Positions 49,191-60,223 are shown, counted from the stretch's first letter. The stretch: DNA of 64,000 bases from a virus (IMGVR_UViG_3300028909_000017:61415-125414), one strand, 5' to 3'. Notes: generated from the letters alone by a model not told the origin. Made by a program: numbers and translations.

Positions 49191-50480
49191 TTAAACAATT
49201 ATATGTTCAAATATTCCTGATTTTATTGAATTAAATCTAAAGACACACGAATTAATATCTTCGAGTGGAACCCGGTACTTTATTCCGGACTTCTTTATTG
49301 CATTATGTATTTCTACCCATTTTGAAGCAATTGGCGAAGTATTATCTTCTCTTAATATTTTCGCAAGTAAAAGTCCCACGGCTTCCTCTTCCTTCCATTG
49401 GTTTAGAACGCGAACTTTACTTAAATTGGTATTTGGATACATACACAAACTTTTTACATATTTGTTTGGTCCACGTCTTGCTATTTCTTTTGCTGCGGCA
49501 CACGGGTCTGGTAAATTCCTGAAAAGAACATTACCGATTGTACTCGAATAAGCACAGTTTACTAATTTACATTCGATATTATATCGGTCACTTAGTTTTC
49601 TGATTTGCCACTGAAACAAGTTTCGGTTCCATTCATTGTTTACTAACCGATTGAAACCACGTCCTTTCTTCGTATTTCGAGAGCCCATTGTTAGTTCTTC
49701 TAAAACAACCATTGATACATGAAAATGTACAGCAAGTTTTATAATTCGACATGCAATTTCTTTTGTTTCGTGATTTCGTTTGTTTTTATTTTTACGAGTT
49801 TTATCAGTAAATTTAAATACTTCGTGAAAAACATCACTGCCATTATCGGTAATTGAAATGCCAATATTATTTGGATTCATATCAATACCAAGTATTCGAT
49901 TTGTTATTTTATCGATATTTTCGATTTTTTCTTGCTCGTAAGTAAGGCAAATTTGATTCTTTTTAAGTAAAACCTGAATCGGCATTTTACTAATATTATT
50001 CAGCAAATAAATTATTTCTTTTCTCTGATTTTTACTTATTTTGAATGGTATTTCTATTTTATTATTCTTGTTTGGCTTATAAATTAAAATATCCTGATCT
50101 AATTTTGAAAAATCAAATAACCGATTTGATTTCTGATTGGTTTCGCCCTGAATTTTAACCGGTCTATTTCTTAATTCATGCCATTGATCAGCGGATATTT
50201 TATTTGACCTTCTCTTTTCAAAGGTTTTTCTTCCACCCCAAATAATTTTATAATCTTTTTTCTTTGATTTATAAATGTTAAATTCTTGAACTGCATCTAA
50301 AACGGCCATTCGTTGAAGATAACATCCTAAATTACTAAACATGGATTTTAGTAAAATACTAATATCTTTTTGAATACTTCCCTCAATAATTCTTTTAAAT
50401 GCAAATCTAAATGCCGATGAATATTCCCGTTGAAATGGAATTATTGGTAAATCGGCATTTAATTTTAGTGTCTTCTGCAT
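49191..50480 (-). CDS. tnpB: IS607-type TnpB RNA-guided nuclease (no zinc finger)
   Basis: RuvC-I GIDMN, RuvC-II VLEEL, VNCAYSSTIG, RuvC-III DPCAAAKEIARR. Confidence 0.85.
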   Translation of the reverse strand: MQKTLKLNADLPIIPFQREYSSAFRFAFKRIIEGSIQKDISILLKSMFSNLGCYLQRMAVLDAVQEFNIYKSKKKDYKIIWGGRKTFEKRRSNKISADQWHELRNRPVKIQGETNQKSNRLFDFSKLDQDILIYKPNKNNKIEIPFKISKNQRKEIIYLLNNISKMPIQVLLKKNQICLTYEQEKIENIDKITNRILGIDMNPNNIGISITDNGSDVFHEVFKFTDKTRKNKNKRNHETKEIACRIIKLAVHFHVSMVVLEELTMGSRNTKKGRGFNRLVNNEWNRNLFQWQIRKLSDRYNIECKLVNCAYSSTIGNVLFRNLPDPCAAAKEIARRGPNKYVKSLCMYPNTNLSKVRVLNQWKEEEAVGLLLAKILREDNTSPIASKWVEIHNAIKKSGIKYRVPLEDINSCVFRFNSIKSGIFEHIIV

Positions 50481-50606
50481 AATTTTATATATTTATATCT
50501 TTAGAAAGCAATTCTTAAGAGATTGATTTTGCGCCAATAATACAATTTTTGTGGGGAAATACCAAGAAATTTAATTACTTCTCTTGCACTGATATATTTT
50601 GCCATG
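50481..50606 (-). pseudogene. Internally deleted IS607 tnpA remnant
   Basis: MAKYISAREVIKFLGISPQKLYYWRK nearly identical to the N-terminus of 55025-55630, then jumps to its 3' end. Confidence 0.8.
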
Positions 50607-51711
50607 ATAAATACTCCCCTTTTTATTCTTCCAATTTCCAAAGTAAAACATCTTTTTTGGTTCCTATTTTAATTAAAGTCCAGGGACGTGTTGGCAATAC
50701 TCGTTGATGTGTTGTTAAAAACCATACGTGACCGCAATACGAATAAAAACAAAAAATATTTCTTAACCAAAAAATTTTATGAGTCCCAGGACAAATCCTG
50801 GGCAAGAAAGCAAATTCTTTTTTATTCATATGACTTCTGAAATTTTCAGAAGTATAAGGTATATTCGGGACTTTTAAAGGACGACCCATTATTCACTCAA
50901 CTTATTCACAATTCGACCACTAAATTTAATAATTTTATATAATTTATAGGGAAAATGACCATCATAAATAGAGTTGTCTTTCCCTTCAAGTCTATCATAT
51001 TCAGTAGAATAGAAATTAACATACGTCATGTAAATTTTTTCTAACCAGAAAACATCTTTTGTTTGTGGATCCTGAATTGGAAATAAAGAAAAACCGGATT
51101 CATATTGAAATAAAGGCGCTTTTAAATAACCACCATTATTGAGCGCTGCATCTACCCAACTATATGGTTTTTTCCTCGACATTTTATGTTTAAAAACCAT
51201 GAATTCCTTTCTAAAAATCTACAAATTTGTCTCTTATCTCTGGAGTAATTCGAGTTAAACAATCAGAACATCGTTCATACCATTCTGTACCTTCTCCATC
51301 GTGTGGACCAAAAGAAGTACCACAATGATTGCATTCATCAGGATGTAATCTTAAATATTTACCTCGACGTCGTAAAAAATCAACATACGATTCCCCCATT
51401 AACCAAGAAGGCATTTCATCTGGTGATCTTGGGTCAAAAGGAAATACCAGTTGCTCTCCTTTCATTTTGCTTCTTTATTAAGCGGTTTTATTTCGAGTAT
51501 ACACCATATTCGAAACATTCCAGGAGTATAATCGGGATCGGTATCAATTTCATACTTTTCTGTAATTATTACAGATTCTAGCCAATATGTAATATTTGTT
51601 AACGGTCAAGTTAATGGAAATAATGTAAATATTTTCCTATGTCGTATATCACCCATTTCAAATTTATTTTTCCAATGCATAATTACTCCTTAAGAAGTCA
51701 AGGTAAAGTAT

Positions 51712-53133
51712 CTAAACTTCAGCAAGTGAACGAATTTCATCAAGAGTCTGGTGGCGAATAACTTTCCCATTACGAAAGACCAATTCTAATTGATCTCCAT
51801 ATACACCATTTCCAGATTCATCCTGCACTGTGCTAAACAAACCGGTACTTTCAGAATAAATTAATACTGGCCGACCTTTGAATGATGCCTTTGTTGGATC
51901 TCCCTTTGGCTGCTTAAATACCGGAGTATCTACATCATTGAGTCGAATATTACAGAATTTCATTGCCGATTTCATTGAATCTCTGTTTACTTTTTGCAGA
52001 AGTCCACCGCCCATACCCACGATAACATTTTCCACACTCCAACCAGATAACCTCAGTGTTTCATATAATTTGCGAATGCTAAAAATATCCATACCATCGC
52101 CCCAAAGTAATCCAACACAAGGGCTAAGAACTTTAAAACCTTTACTATTGACGGTATAGCCAAATTTTTCAGCCAAGATGTCGAGTAAAATTGGAACCTT
52201 GATTGATGGATCTCCTGAATCTGGACGGGCAACAACTTTTGTTTTACCATGAAGAATTTGATCACGGAAAGTTCCACCCATAATTTCTCGAACGAAATAT
52301 TCATCATCGTAACTATCAATAACCATACTTACAACCGGCGCATCTTTATAAACTCCCAAAATTCGACTAACAACATTTCGTTCGCCGTTAGGACCTTCCA
52401 TCGTCATTACAAAATGCTCACTAGCAGGAACACTATAAGCTGATACGCGAGGAGCATCATAATATTGATGCAGCAAACTCATTGCAATTCCGGTATCTGT
52501 TCCCTTAAAATTAATAAGATGCGCAGCTCCGCCAATAGCTGCCTGTGTTCCACAAGATACCGCTCGCCCACCAAAATCATGCAACATGAACGGTAAGCCA
52601 TCATAAGATTCGGATGTAATAGTAAGATATTCCTTGGCTAACTTTTTAACTTCCCGACTCTGCGTAGCAACGATACTCCCGTACCAATTACGCATGAATC
52701 GAGTTTCACACCATCCGGGCAGCCATGCACAATTTTCATCGGTACTTTCAACCGTGAAAACAACATTATTAACGCCGTTATTGGAAATATTAAATGGGCG
52801 TCCTTCCTTGATTGCACGAATTTCAATCGGAAGTCTCCCATCATATTTGTCAAGAATATATTGCCATTGTGCCTTAGGGTATGGGAATCCATCATAAAAA
52901 TGGACCTGACTGTCAGCATATGCTTCGTCAAGATTTTCCTGAGTGAAGAATTTGCCTTCAAATTCGGCCATTAATTGATATTGCAATCCAAAAAATACGG
53001 CTTCGCTATAAATACCTCCTCGATTGCAATAATAATTCATTGCTTGTGAAAGAGTATGTGGGAGCATCGCGGGGTGGGTTTTTTTGTAGGAATCGTCATC
53101 AAGAAGCGGATTAATTACGAGTGGTTGTGGCAT
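51712..53133 (-). CDS. nadV: Nicotinamide phosphoribosyltransferase
   Basis: DSYKKTH, LHDFGGR, GTDT, VPASEH, RPDSGDP, GDG, GMGGGLLQ. Confidence 0.95.
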   Translation of the reverse strand: MPQPLVINPLLDDDSYKKTHPAMLPHTLSQAMNYYCNRGGIYSEAVFFGLQYQLMAEFEGKFFTQENLDEAYADSQVHFYDGFPYPKAQWQYILDKYDGRLPIEIRAIKEGRPFNISNNGVNNVVFTVESTDENCAWLPGWCETRFMRNWYGSIVATQSREVKKLAKEYLTITSESYDGLPFMLHDFGGRAVSCGTQAAIGGAAHLINFKGTDTGIAMSLLHQYYDAPRVSAYSVPASEHFVMTMEGPNGERNVVSRILGVYKDAPVVSMVIDSYDDEYFVREIMGGTFRDQILHGKTKVVARPDSGDPSIKVPILLDILAEKFGYTVNSKGFKVLSPCVGLLWGDGMDIFSIRKLYETLRLSGWSVENVIVGMGGGLLQKVNRDSMKSAMKFCNIRLNDVDTPVFKQPKGDPTKASFKGRPVLIYSESTGLFSTVQDESGNGVYGDQLELVFRNGKVIRHQTLDEIRSLAEV

Positions 53134-53732
53134 TATATTCCTTTCAATTATATTACGATTATATACTATTTCCGTTATTAAAGCAAGAATTAATTTCGGT
53201 CAAAACCGACCGAAGTTCCGATACCGTCTTGTGTACGCGGCTTGTTTTTCATGCTTCGAAGCCTATTTAAAACAATATTATACGGTTGTTCGAGGCACAA
53301 AACAGCAGCAGATAATTCTCTTAGATGTGCAATGCTTAATTGATCGGTATCAACTACCCATTGTTTAAGTTCTTTCTTTGACAATTCAGGAGCAACCGTT
53401 TGCAAATACATTTCACGGGCGGCGGCGGTTGGCATTCCGACCAAAATACGTTCATCAAATCGTGAAGGTCGATTAATAATTCGAGCACCCAAACGGTCTG
53501 GATAATTTGTCGTGGCAACCATAACGATATTCTCTACTTGATTTTCACCGTCTAATAATGCTAATAATTCGTGTTCACCATAACGAGAAATAATTTCATC
53601 AATATCCTCGAGAATACAAATAATTCTTCGATCGGGTTCAATCCTGCGTAACGCTGACAATCCATCAGATGTCATGGAAGGATTATTACACATGATAAAG
53701 TAACTTTCCCAATAAAAACAGTACAACGAATA

Positions 53733-55020
53733 TTAAACAATTATATGTTCAAATATTCCTGATTTTATTGAATTAAATCTAAAGACATTAGACCTGATTG
53801 AATCTAATGGAACCCGGTACTTTATTCCGGACTTCTTTATTGCATTATGTATTTCTACCCATTTTGAAGCAATTGAAGAACAAGAGTCCTCCAATATTTT
53901 CACAAGTAAAAGTCCCGCGGCTTCCGCTTCCTTCCATTGGTTTAGAACGCGAACTTTACTTAAATTGGTATTTGGATACATACACAAACTTTTAACGTAT
54001 TTGTTGGGGCCTCTACGGGCTATTTCTTTTGCCGCGGCACATGGATCTGGTAAATTTCTGAATAAAATATTTCCAATAGTTGAACTATATGCGCAATTAA
54101 CTAATTTACATTCGATGCCGAATTTATCTGATAATTTTCTTATTTGCCATTGAAACAAATTTCGGTTCCACTCGTTGTTTACTAGCCGATTGAAACTACG
54201 GCCTTTCTTTGCATCTTTTGCGCCCATTTTAAGTTCTTCAAGAACAACCATTGACACGTGAAAATGTATGGCAAGTTTAATAATTCGACATGCAATTTCT
54301 TTGGTTTCGTGATTTCGTTTGTTTTTATTTTTACGAGTCCGATCAGTAAATTTAAACACTTCATGAAATACGTCTTTACCCGAATCGGTAATTGAAATGC
54401 CAATATTATTTGGATTCATATCAATTCCAAGTATTCGATTTGCTATCGGTTGTTCTATGAATACTTTTTCTTGTTCATAAGTTAGACAAATTTGATTCTT
54501 TTTAAGTAAAACTTGAATCGGAATCTGACCGATTTTATCTAATAAATAAGTTATTTCTTTTCTCTGATTTTTACTTATTTTGAATGGTATTTCTTGATGA
54601 ATATTTTTACTGGGTTTAAAAATTAAAATATTATCTGATAATTTTGAAAAATCAAACATTCGATTTGATTTTTGATTGGATTCACCCTGTATTTTAACCG
54701 GCCTATTTCTTAATTCCTTCCATTGATCAGACGATATTTTATTTGCACTTCGTTTTTCAAAGTTCTTTCTTCCACCCCCAAACAATTTTATAATCTCGTT
54801 TCTTGGATTTATAAATGTTAAATTCTTGTACGGCATCTAAAACAGCCATATGTTGCAGATATGAACCCAAATTAGGGAATTTGTCTTTTAGAAATGATCG
54901 AACTTCTTTTTGGGTATAATTATCTGTAATTCTTTTGAATGCAAATCTAAATGCCGATGAATATTCCCTGTGAAATGGAATTATTGGTAACTCGGCATTT
55001 AATTTTAGTGTCTTCTGCAT
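53733..55020 (-). CDS. tnpB: IS607-type TnpB (frameshift in G-run near 54775)
   Basis: Closely similar to 49191-50480; one extra G relative to that paralog. Confidence 0.8.
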
Positions 55021-55024
55021 ATTT

Positions 55025-55630
55025 TTATTTATATATATCCGCAGAAAGCAGCTCTTTAGTGATTGTTTTTAGTTGTTTCCTTCTATTGCTATACATTTTC
55101 ATACTGAAATAATGAATAATAGAAATTAAATCTTGGGTAAGTTCTGATTGAAAATCTTCTTCCGCAGTTGCATTAATAACAACAATTTTAACATTCATTT
55201 TATTGAATAATTGCTGAAATGATTCAAATCCAAATCGAACTAATCTATCTTTATATGTCACATATATAGTGTCTACTTCATTATTTGCTACTAGATCTAG
55301 TAGCTGGATAAATCCAGCGCGATTTTCATTCATTCCCGAACCAATATCTTCAATTGATTTATCTGGAATAATTCCGTTTGCTGCGGCATATGTGTGTAAT
55401 AATTGGGTTTGTCGTTTAAGATCATCCACTTGTTTGGTATTTGAAACCCGAGCATATAAAATATGAATCTTTTTAGTTGTTTCGCCTTTAAACTTAGTCA
55501 GATCATACAAATAAATTTTATTTGCAACTTTTATGAAGTCAATTTGATTGGTTTTTCGCCAATAATACAATTTTTGTGGGGAAATACCCAAAAATTTAAT
55601 TACTTCCCTTGCACTGCTATATTTTGCCAT
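55025..55630 (-). CDS. tnpA: IS607 TnpA serine recombinase
   Basis: N-terminal HTH, YARVS, DIGSG, YKDRLVRFG, EL.QDLISII..FS.KMYS.R. Confidence 0.9.
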   Translation of the reverse strand: MAKYSSAREVIKFLGISPQKLYYWRKTNQIDFIKVANKIYLYDLTKFKGETTKKIHILYARVSNTKQVDDLKRQTQLLHTYAAANGIIPDKSIEDIGSGMNENRAGFIQLLDLVANNEVDTIYVTYKDRLVRFGFESFQQLFNKMNVKIVVINATAEEDFQSELTQDLISIIHYFSMKMYSNRRKQLKTITKELLSADIYK

Positions 55631-56718
55631 GATAAATACCTCCTTCTATTATTTGTATTTATCATTAATGGTTGTATAAACTGCTAGTTAACAATACCAT
55701 TATTTTCGATCAATGTTTTACTTAGTAAGGTTAATGTTGCTGTTTTGCCGCTTCCAGGAGGGCCCCAAAGCAAAATACCTCTCTTGTAAAGTAATCCATG
55801 ATTACGATATCGGTCTTCCATTTTCCAAAAAGTTCTCATACCAGATAATACCTGCTCACTTGAATTATCCGGAAGCATAATTAATGAATCAGTAATAATT
55901 TTAATTCTATTTAGATAAAGTCCATAATCATCACGCTCAAAAGAATATGTGCCTGGTGGCAATTTTTCTCGAGTTAATCCGGCAGGTCGGAAGGTATCAT
56001 TTTTTCCAATTTGCCATTGTCGGAATTCTATATTTGTTGAATCTCGATCGGTTGTTTGACGTTTACCTGGTGATGGGTCACAGTCATTTCGACTATTACT
56101 GCTTAATCGTTTATTAGGATTATTTTCCAATATTTCATTCAATTGATCTTCATCATTCATTCTACTCTTCCTTGTCCTTAAATTTGATCGAAGAATTAAA
56201 CCATTCATTAATTTTTGAAAGTATGAAATTATTTTGGTGGCTGTTATACTTTTTGCAAAGCCAATTTTTAATACGAATACCCAAAAGCATAAATGGAACA
56301 GCAATTAATGTAACAAGAATCATAACTCCCATATACAAATAGATAATAGGAGAAAAAATTAATTGCAGCCAAAAAGAAAATGGGGTAATATAATCAATAT
56401 GTTGAATACCCCACATACTCACAATTTTATATACTAACGAATTTTTATCGATTAACATCTTATTGCTCCAATTTCTTCACAAGTTTTTCTGAAAAATATT
56501 CTTTCCAAGTTCCGATATTCCATTCGCACGGTTGAATATTATTATAAATATGACCCATTATAAATTCTGGCTTAATAGAATCAATTACTTCAGCCATACC
56601 GATACGCATAATTACATTTTCCCAATTCTTTACAATAATTTCATCATTATTTTCGGAAAAGTCCCAGCTATATTCATATACTATATCGCCGTTTGATTTT
56701 TCTCTATATTTCATTATT

Positions 56719-57387
56719 CTATTCTTCCAATGGTAAATTATTAATTTCTCGATGCAAACGTATTCTAAAGGATGCCCATGTTTCCGCCTGAGTTTTTAAT
56801 GATTCAGATAATACAAATCTCCACTTTTGAAATTCTTTACCTTTATGATAGAAATTTTTAAGTTCATCTTCTGAATTAATACGAGAAAACGATTTACCCG
56901 GCTCATCGGTATTATAAACTAGCAATTTACATCCCTGTTTAAATAATCTATGCCATGTATTAAATCCTGTTTGACTTAGGGTTTTATCACTGATAATTAC
57001 ATCATTTTTAAGATCTTTAAGAATTAATAAATATAAATCACTTGCGAACGGAGGTTTACTTTTATAATTTTTTGATTTACCCGACATTATAATTGCATAT
57101 CCCCGTGGTTTTCTTTCCAAGGAAACCCCGAGTATAATTTCATGATTATCATTTTCCACCCAAAAATAAATTAAATTAGTTAATTTTAATTTATAAATAT
57201 TATTTTCTAATGGTTTAATTTTGTCATGCGCAATTTGTTTTATTTCTTCTATATCGTGCTTTAATATTTCCCAAGTCGGAAATTCTAAGACATCAGGTGA
57301 CTCAAATAAAAAGGTATAATTAAATGCATCTCGCCCATATTTTCCAGACCAGGTCCTTTTTGCATGTATAATTTCATTAATATTCAT
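56719..57387 (-). CDS. GNAT-like paralog family A
   Basis: MNINEII; PFASDLYL; ISDKTLSQTGFNTWHRL. Confidence 0.6.
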   Translation of the reverse strand: MNINEIIHAKRTWSGKYGRDAFNYTFLFESPDVLEFPTWEILKHDIEEIKQIAHDKIKPLENNIYKLKLTNLIYFWVENDNHEIILGVSLERKPRGYAIIMSGKSKNYKSKPPFASDLYLLILKDLKNDVIISDKTLSQTGFNTWHRLFKQGCKLLVYNTDEPGKSFSRINSEDELKNFYHKGKEFQKWRFVLSESLKTQAETWASFRIRLHREINNLPLEE

Positions 57388-57399
57388 TACAATTTTATC

Positions 57400-58503
57400 T
57401 TACCTTCTTGGATAACGTAATTCGGAACTATAGTCTGTTAATTCCGCTGCGCGATCGTTCATTTCCATAATAATAGAACCTTCATCCGGATATGAATCGA
57501 TAATTGATTTATTGTTAATATTCCGATTACTATATAAATAATTTTTTAACATTTTATATAAGATCTTATGTTCGGGTTCAAACATATCTAATGTTACCTC
57601 TTCTAATGGGAAAAATTTTGTATAAGAAATATCATCTCCACCGGTTGTTTCCAACGTGGGAACTTCACCCAAAAAGAAAATAGTCTTTATTGTTTCAGAA
57701 GTATCCTTATATCTCCAATCGGCAATTTGTGTACTTCCGATATATTTAAATGATTGCGGAGCAGTAGATGTTTCCTCGTAACTTTCCATTTTGGCGTCAT
57801 CTTCATAACCAACATTTTCCGGCTTCATCTTACCCATTGCATGACCACCCGGGAATCTCCACCCATTTTCGTCAGATCGTTTCGCTAGCAGTAATTCAAT
57901 ACCAGATGAAAGATATGTATCTGTATTGGGATCATGTGTAGACAGTCCTCGATGAATAATAGCAATATCAACAGTGGGGATTACGCGGTCGAATGTATTT
58001 CTTGTCGCGTAAATAATACCTGCTCGAAAGGAAGGACTATCTATCACAACATTTGTTGCCGCATTTCGTAAGTCTGCTGCGGAAATATTTGGAGATACCG
58101 GCAATGTTAATTCAACAACTTTTCGATGCCCATGATAACTTTTAAGAAAGGAATCTCGACTGCCATATAATGTCGCTTTTCCATATGGAACTCGTTCGGT
58201 AATTAACCGGTCAAGATCAGCACTCCACAATTCATCTGTCTTCCGATTATGGATGGGATAAACTTCATAATTTGGATACGCATTCTGAATCATTTTACGG
58301 CGGGTTTCGAAATCCAATGGATCATTTTTTGTCGGAGCCGTGCCACCTGGCAAGCAACCAACAAAAATAATAACCCGAGGATGAAGATTTCCAACCGCAT
58401 CTAGTAGAGCAATATGACCTTCATGCAACTCTGGAATTTGAAACCGACCAATCAAAACTCCGTAATTCGGTGCCGTAATATTTGACATTATTTTCCCTTT
58501 CAA
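57400..58503 (-). CDS. Bifunctional NMN adenylyltransferase/Nudix hydrolase (NadM-Nudix)
   Basis: IGRFQ..HEGH, NDPLDFETR, SRDSF; Nudix-like FPGG...MESYEET. Confidence 0.9.
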   Translation of the reverse strand: MKGKIMSNITAPNYGVLIGRFQIPELHEGHIALLDAVGNLHPRVIIFVGCLPGGTAPTKNDPLDFETRRKMIQNAYPNYEVYPIHNRKTDELWSADLDRLITERVPYGKATLYGSRDSFLKSYHGHRKVVELTLPVSPNISAADLRNAATNVVIDSPSFRAGIIYATRNTFDRVIPTVDIAIIHRGLSTHDPNTDTYLSSGIELLLAKRSDENGWRFPGGHAMGKMKPENVGYEDDAKMESYEETSTAPQSFKYIGSTQIADWRYKDTSETIKTIFFLGEVPTLETTGGDDISYTKFFPLEEVTLDMFEPEHKILYKMLKNYLYSNRNINNKSIIDSYPDEGSIIMEMNDRAAELTDYSSELRYPRR

Positions 58504-58538
58504 TACACTATCTAATTAAATTATAGCATGAAAAATGA

Positions 58539-58973
58539 TTATTGTCCAGATAAACCTTCCCGAATTAACATTAAAATTTGTCCAAGATTATTTTCACCGA
58601 TACCGTCGCAAACTCCCCAAAAACAATCCCCCCAAGTATTACCTTCTATTAAAGTTGCATTTCCGGTTGATAATAGTTTTGACCGAAACGGTTCTTTCGA
58701 AAATTTTTGACATAATAGATCGGTAATTAAATCGATTTTAATATTGTCCCAGTCGGGTCTTATTACAACATTTTTTCCAAGTCGTTTTGCCATACCTGCT
58801 GACTTTGCATTACATATTTCGACTCGTTGAGTCATATTCAAAGTTTTTGCTGCCTGATAGGCATGTTCCACCGATGGATATATTGAACTATCAAATGGTA
58901 GAACGATACCTCTCCGAACATATGCAAAATTACTCAAAAAAGCATATTCTTCTGAAAATGAATCAATAATCAT
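58539..58973 (-). CDS. NADAR (YbiA-like) protein
   Basis: FLSNF, SVEHAYQAAK, LIEGNTWGDCFWG, GENNLGQILM. Confidence 0.9.
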   Translation of the reverse strand: MIIDSFSEEYAFLSNFAYVRRGIVLPFDSSIYPSVEHAYQAAKTLNMTQRVEICNAKSAGMAKRLGKNVVIRPDWDNIKIDLITDLLCQKFSKEPFRSKLLSTGNATLIEGNTWGDCFWGVCDGIGENNLGQILMLIREGLSGQ

Positions 58974-59218
58974 TTTACCCTCTAAAAATTATTTTTTAGC
59001 ATTTCAAACATCATTTTGGGCCAGGTAAGAAAAACAATAAGACATGCGAAAAATGTAATAACCTTTCGATAAGATTCATTCGTTGAAATAGTATCAAGCA
59101 TTTTATCGAAATGATCTCGACTTAATGGGTTAGTCGCCAAAGTATTTAAAAATAATGCTGCAAAAAATAATCCTGAATAAATGTAAAACATCCAAAACAT
59201 AATTATCCTTTCTTAAAA

Positions 59219-60223
59219 TTACTTTAGGTTGTAATATTTTCTAAGCCAAGGCAACATCCATACATCCAAATCCTTCTTTAATTCCGTACTCAATTTGGGT
59301 AAGGCAGATGAATCAGCCAATGATTGCAATTTATCGACACCAGAAACAATTTCGTCCCGAATTTTTTCAATATCATGCTCTCCACGAATAATCGATCTAA
59401 GATAATTAGCATAATCTTTATCCAATGGAAATCTTAATTTTTTAGTTGTCAATAAAGTAATTCCTTCATTGATAATTCGAACAGCATGTGCCGTTGCTTT
59501 CCAATCAGAACTAGATATAGAAGCTGCAATCGCTCTAGATCCAAAATCTGAAATAATTGAATCAATCGTAATTAAACTAGTCGAAAATGTATTAGTAAAC
59601 GGTAAAATTTTTGTTAATAATTTAGTGCAGGGTCTCAATGTTTGACCAGTTGAATCAACCGCATATTCTGAAATACCAAAATATTCCGGATAATCATTTT
59701 CAATTTCTTCAGCCAGTTTCTTAAATTCTGCTGCATGATCCATTATTCTATGAGATAACGAAAATTTCTGATATAATCTTTTAACTGCCCTGGCGGCATT
59801 TAATCGATCACCTTTATCAGAATAAATTTTTGCCTGATTAACTGCATATCCTGCCATTGCATTAATATTAGAAGTTAAAAAATGTTCTCGTAATTCCGAG
59901 CAAAATTTCGAAAAACTCCCTTCATAAATGGCCTGCTCGGCATCAACCCCTTCAACAGCAAAACATAATTCTATGGCATATGTTTGCCCTTCTAGGAAAT
60001 CTCGTGCAAAAATGTATAAAGGAATATCTTCGCTATCAATATCCCCGACACCATTTTTTTCACCTAATTTTTTATTTTTATGTTTTACTGAATTTTTCGG
60101 TGCTTTTCCAAGCAGCATTAAATCTAAATCAGGCAATACAACTCTTTTATAATCACGATCAGATGTTGGCATCGTGGTTCCATAAAGTGATGATCCAAAT
60201 AATGTTTCAAACAATACTCTCAT
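59219..60223 (-). CDS. Pol-beta superfamily nucleotidyltransferase
   Basis: FGSSLYGT..PTSDRD motif; DWKATAHAVR. Confidence 0.8.
   Translation of the reverse strand: MRVLFETLFGSSLYGTTMPTSDRDYKRVVLPDLDLMLLGKAPKNSVKHKNKKLGEKNGVGDIDSEDIPLYIFARDFLEGQTYAIELCFAVEGVDAEQAIYEGSFSKFCSELREHFLTSNINAMAGYAVNQAKIYSDKGDRLNAARAVKRLYQKFSLSHRIMDHAAEFKKLAEEIENDYPEYFGISEYAVDSTGQTLRPCTKLLTKILPFTNTFSTSLITIDSIISDFGSRAIAASISSSDWKATAHAVRIINEGITLLTTKKLRFPLDKDYANYLRSIIRGEHDIEKIRDEIVSGVDKLQSLADSSALPKLSTELKKDLDVWMLPWLRKYYNLK

Larger units (their letters stand above)
53697..55689 (-). mobile_element. IS607-family element (tnpA serine recombinase + tnpB)
   Basis: Inserted without target duplication at a short TT(A) overlap inside the AAA gene. 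Confidence 0.85.
53190..56160 (-). pseudogene. AAA+ ATPase gene split by IS607 insertion
   Basis: N-half has RGILLWGPPGSGKT; C-half has LEDID, TTNYP, RPSRFD; removing the IS restores GGT ATT GTT ATC ATG in frame. Confidence 0.85.

Noticed and set aside
16740-54780. Multiple frameshifts (fibre start, amidoligase, three GNAT-like paralogs, second tnpB) as programmed frameshifting or phase variation
   Set aside because: Those I could place are single-base gains or losses in short homopolymers, in both directions, typical of long-read errors. Raw reads are needed before claiming biology.
49191-55020. TnpB genes as a type V CRISPR-Cas system
   Set aside because: No repeat-spacer array is seen nearby or elsewhere in the window, and the context is IS607.
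53697-55689. IStron (group I intron-IS chimera)
   Set aside because: Only about 60 bp lie between the insertion site and tnpA, too short for a ribozyme.
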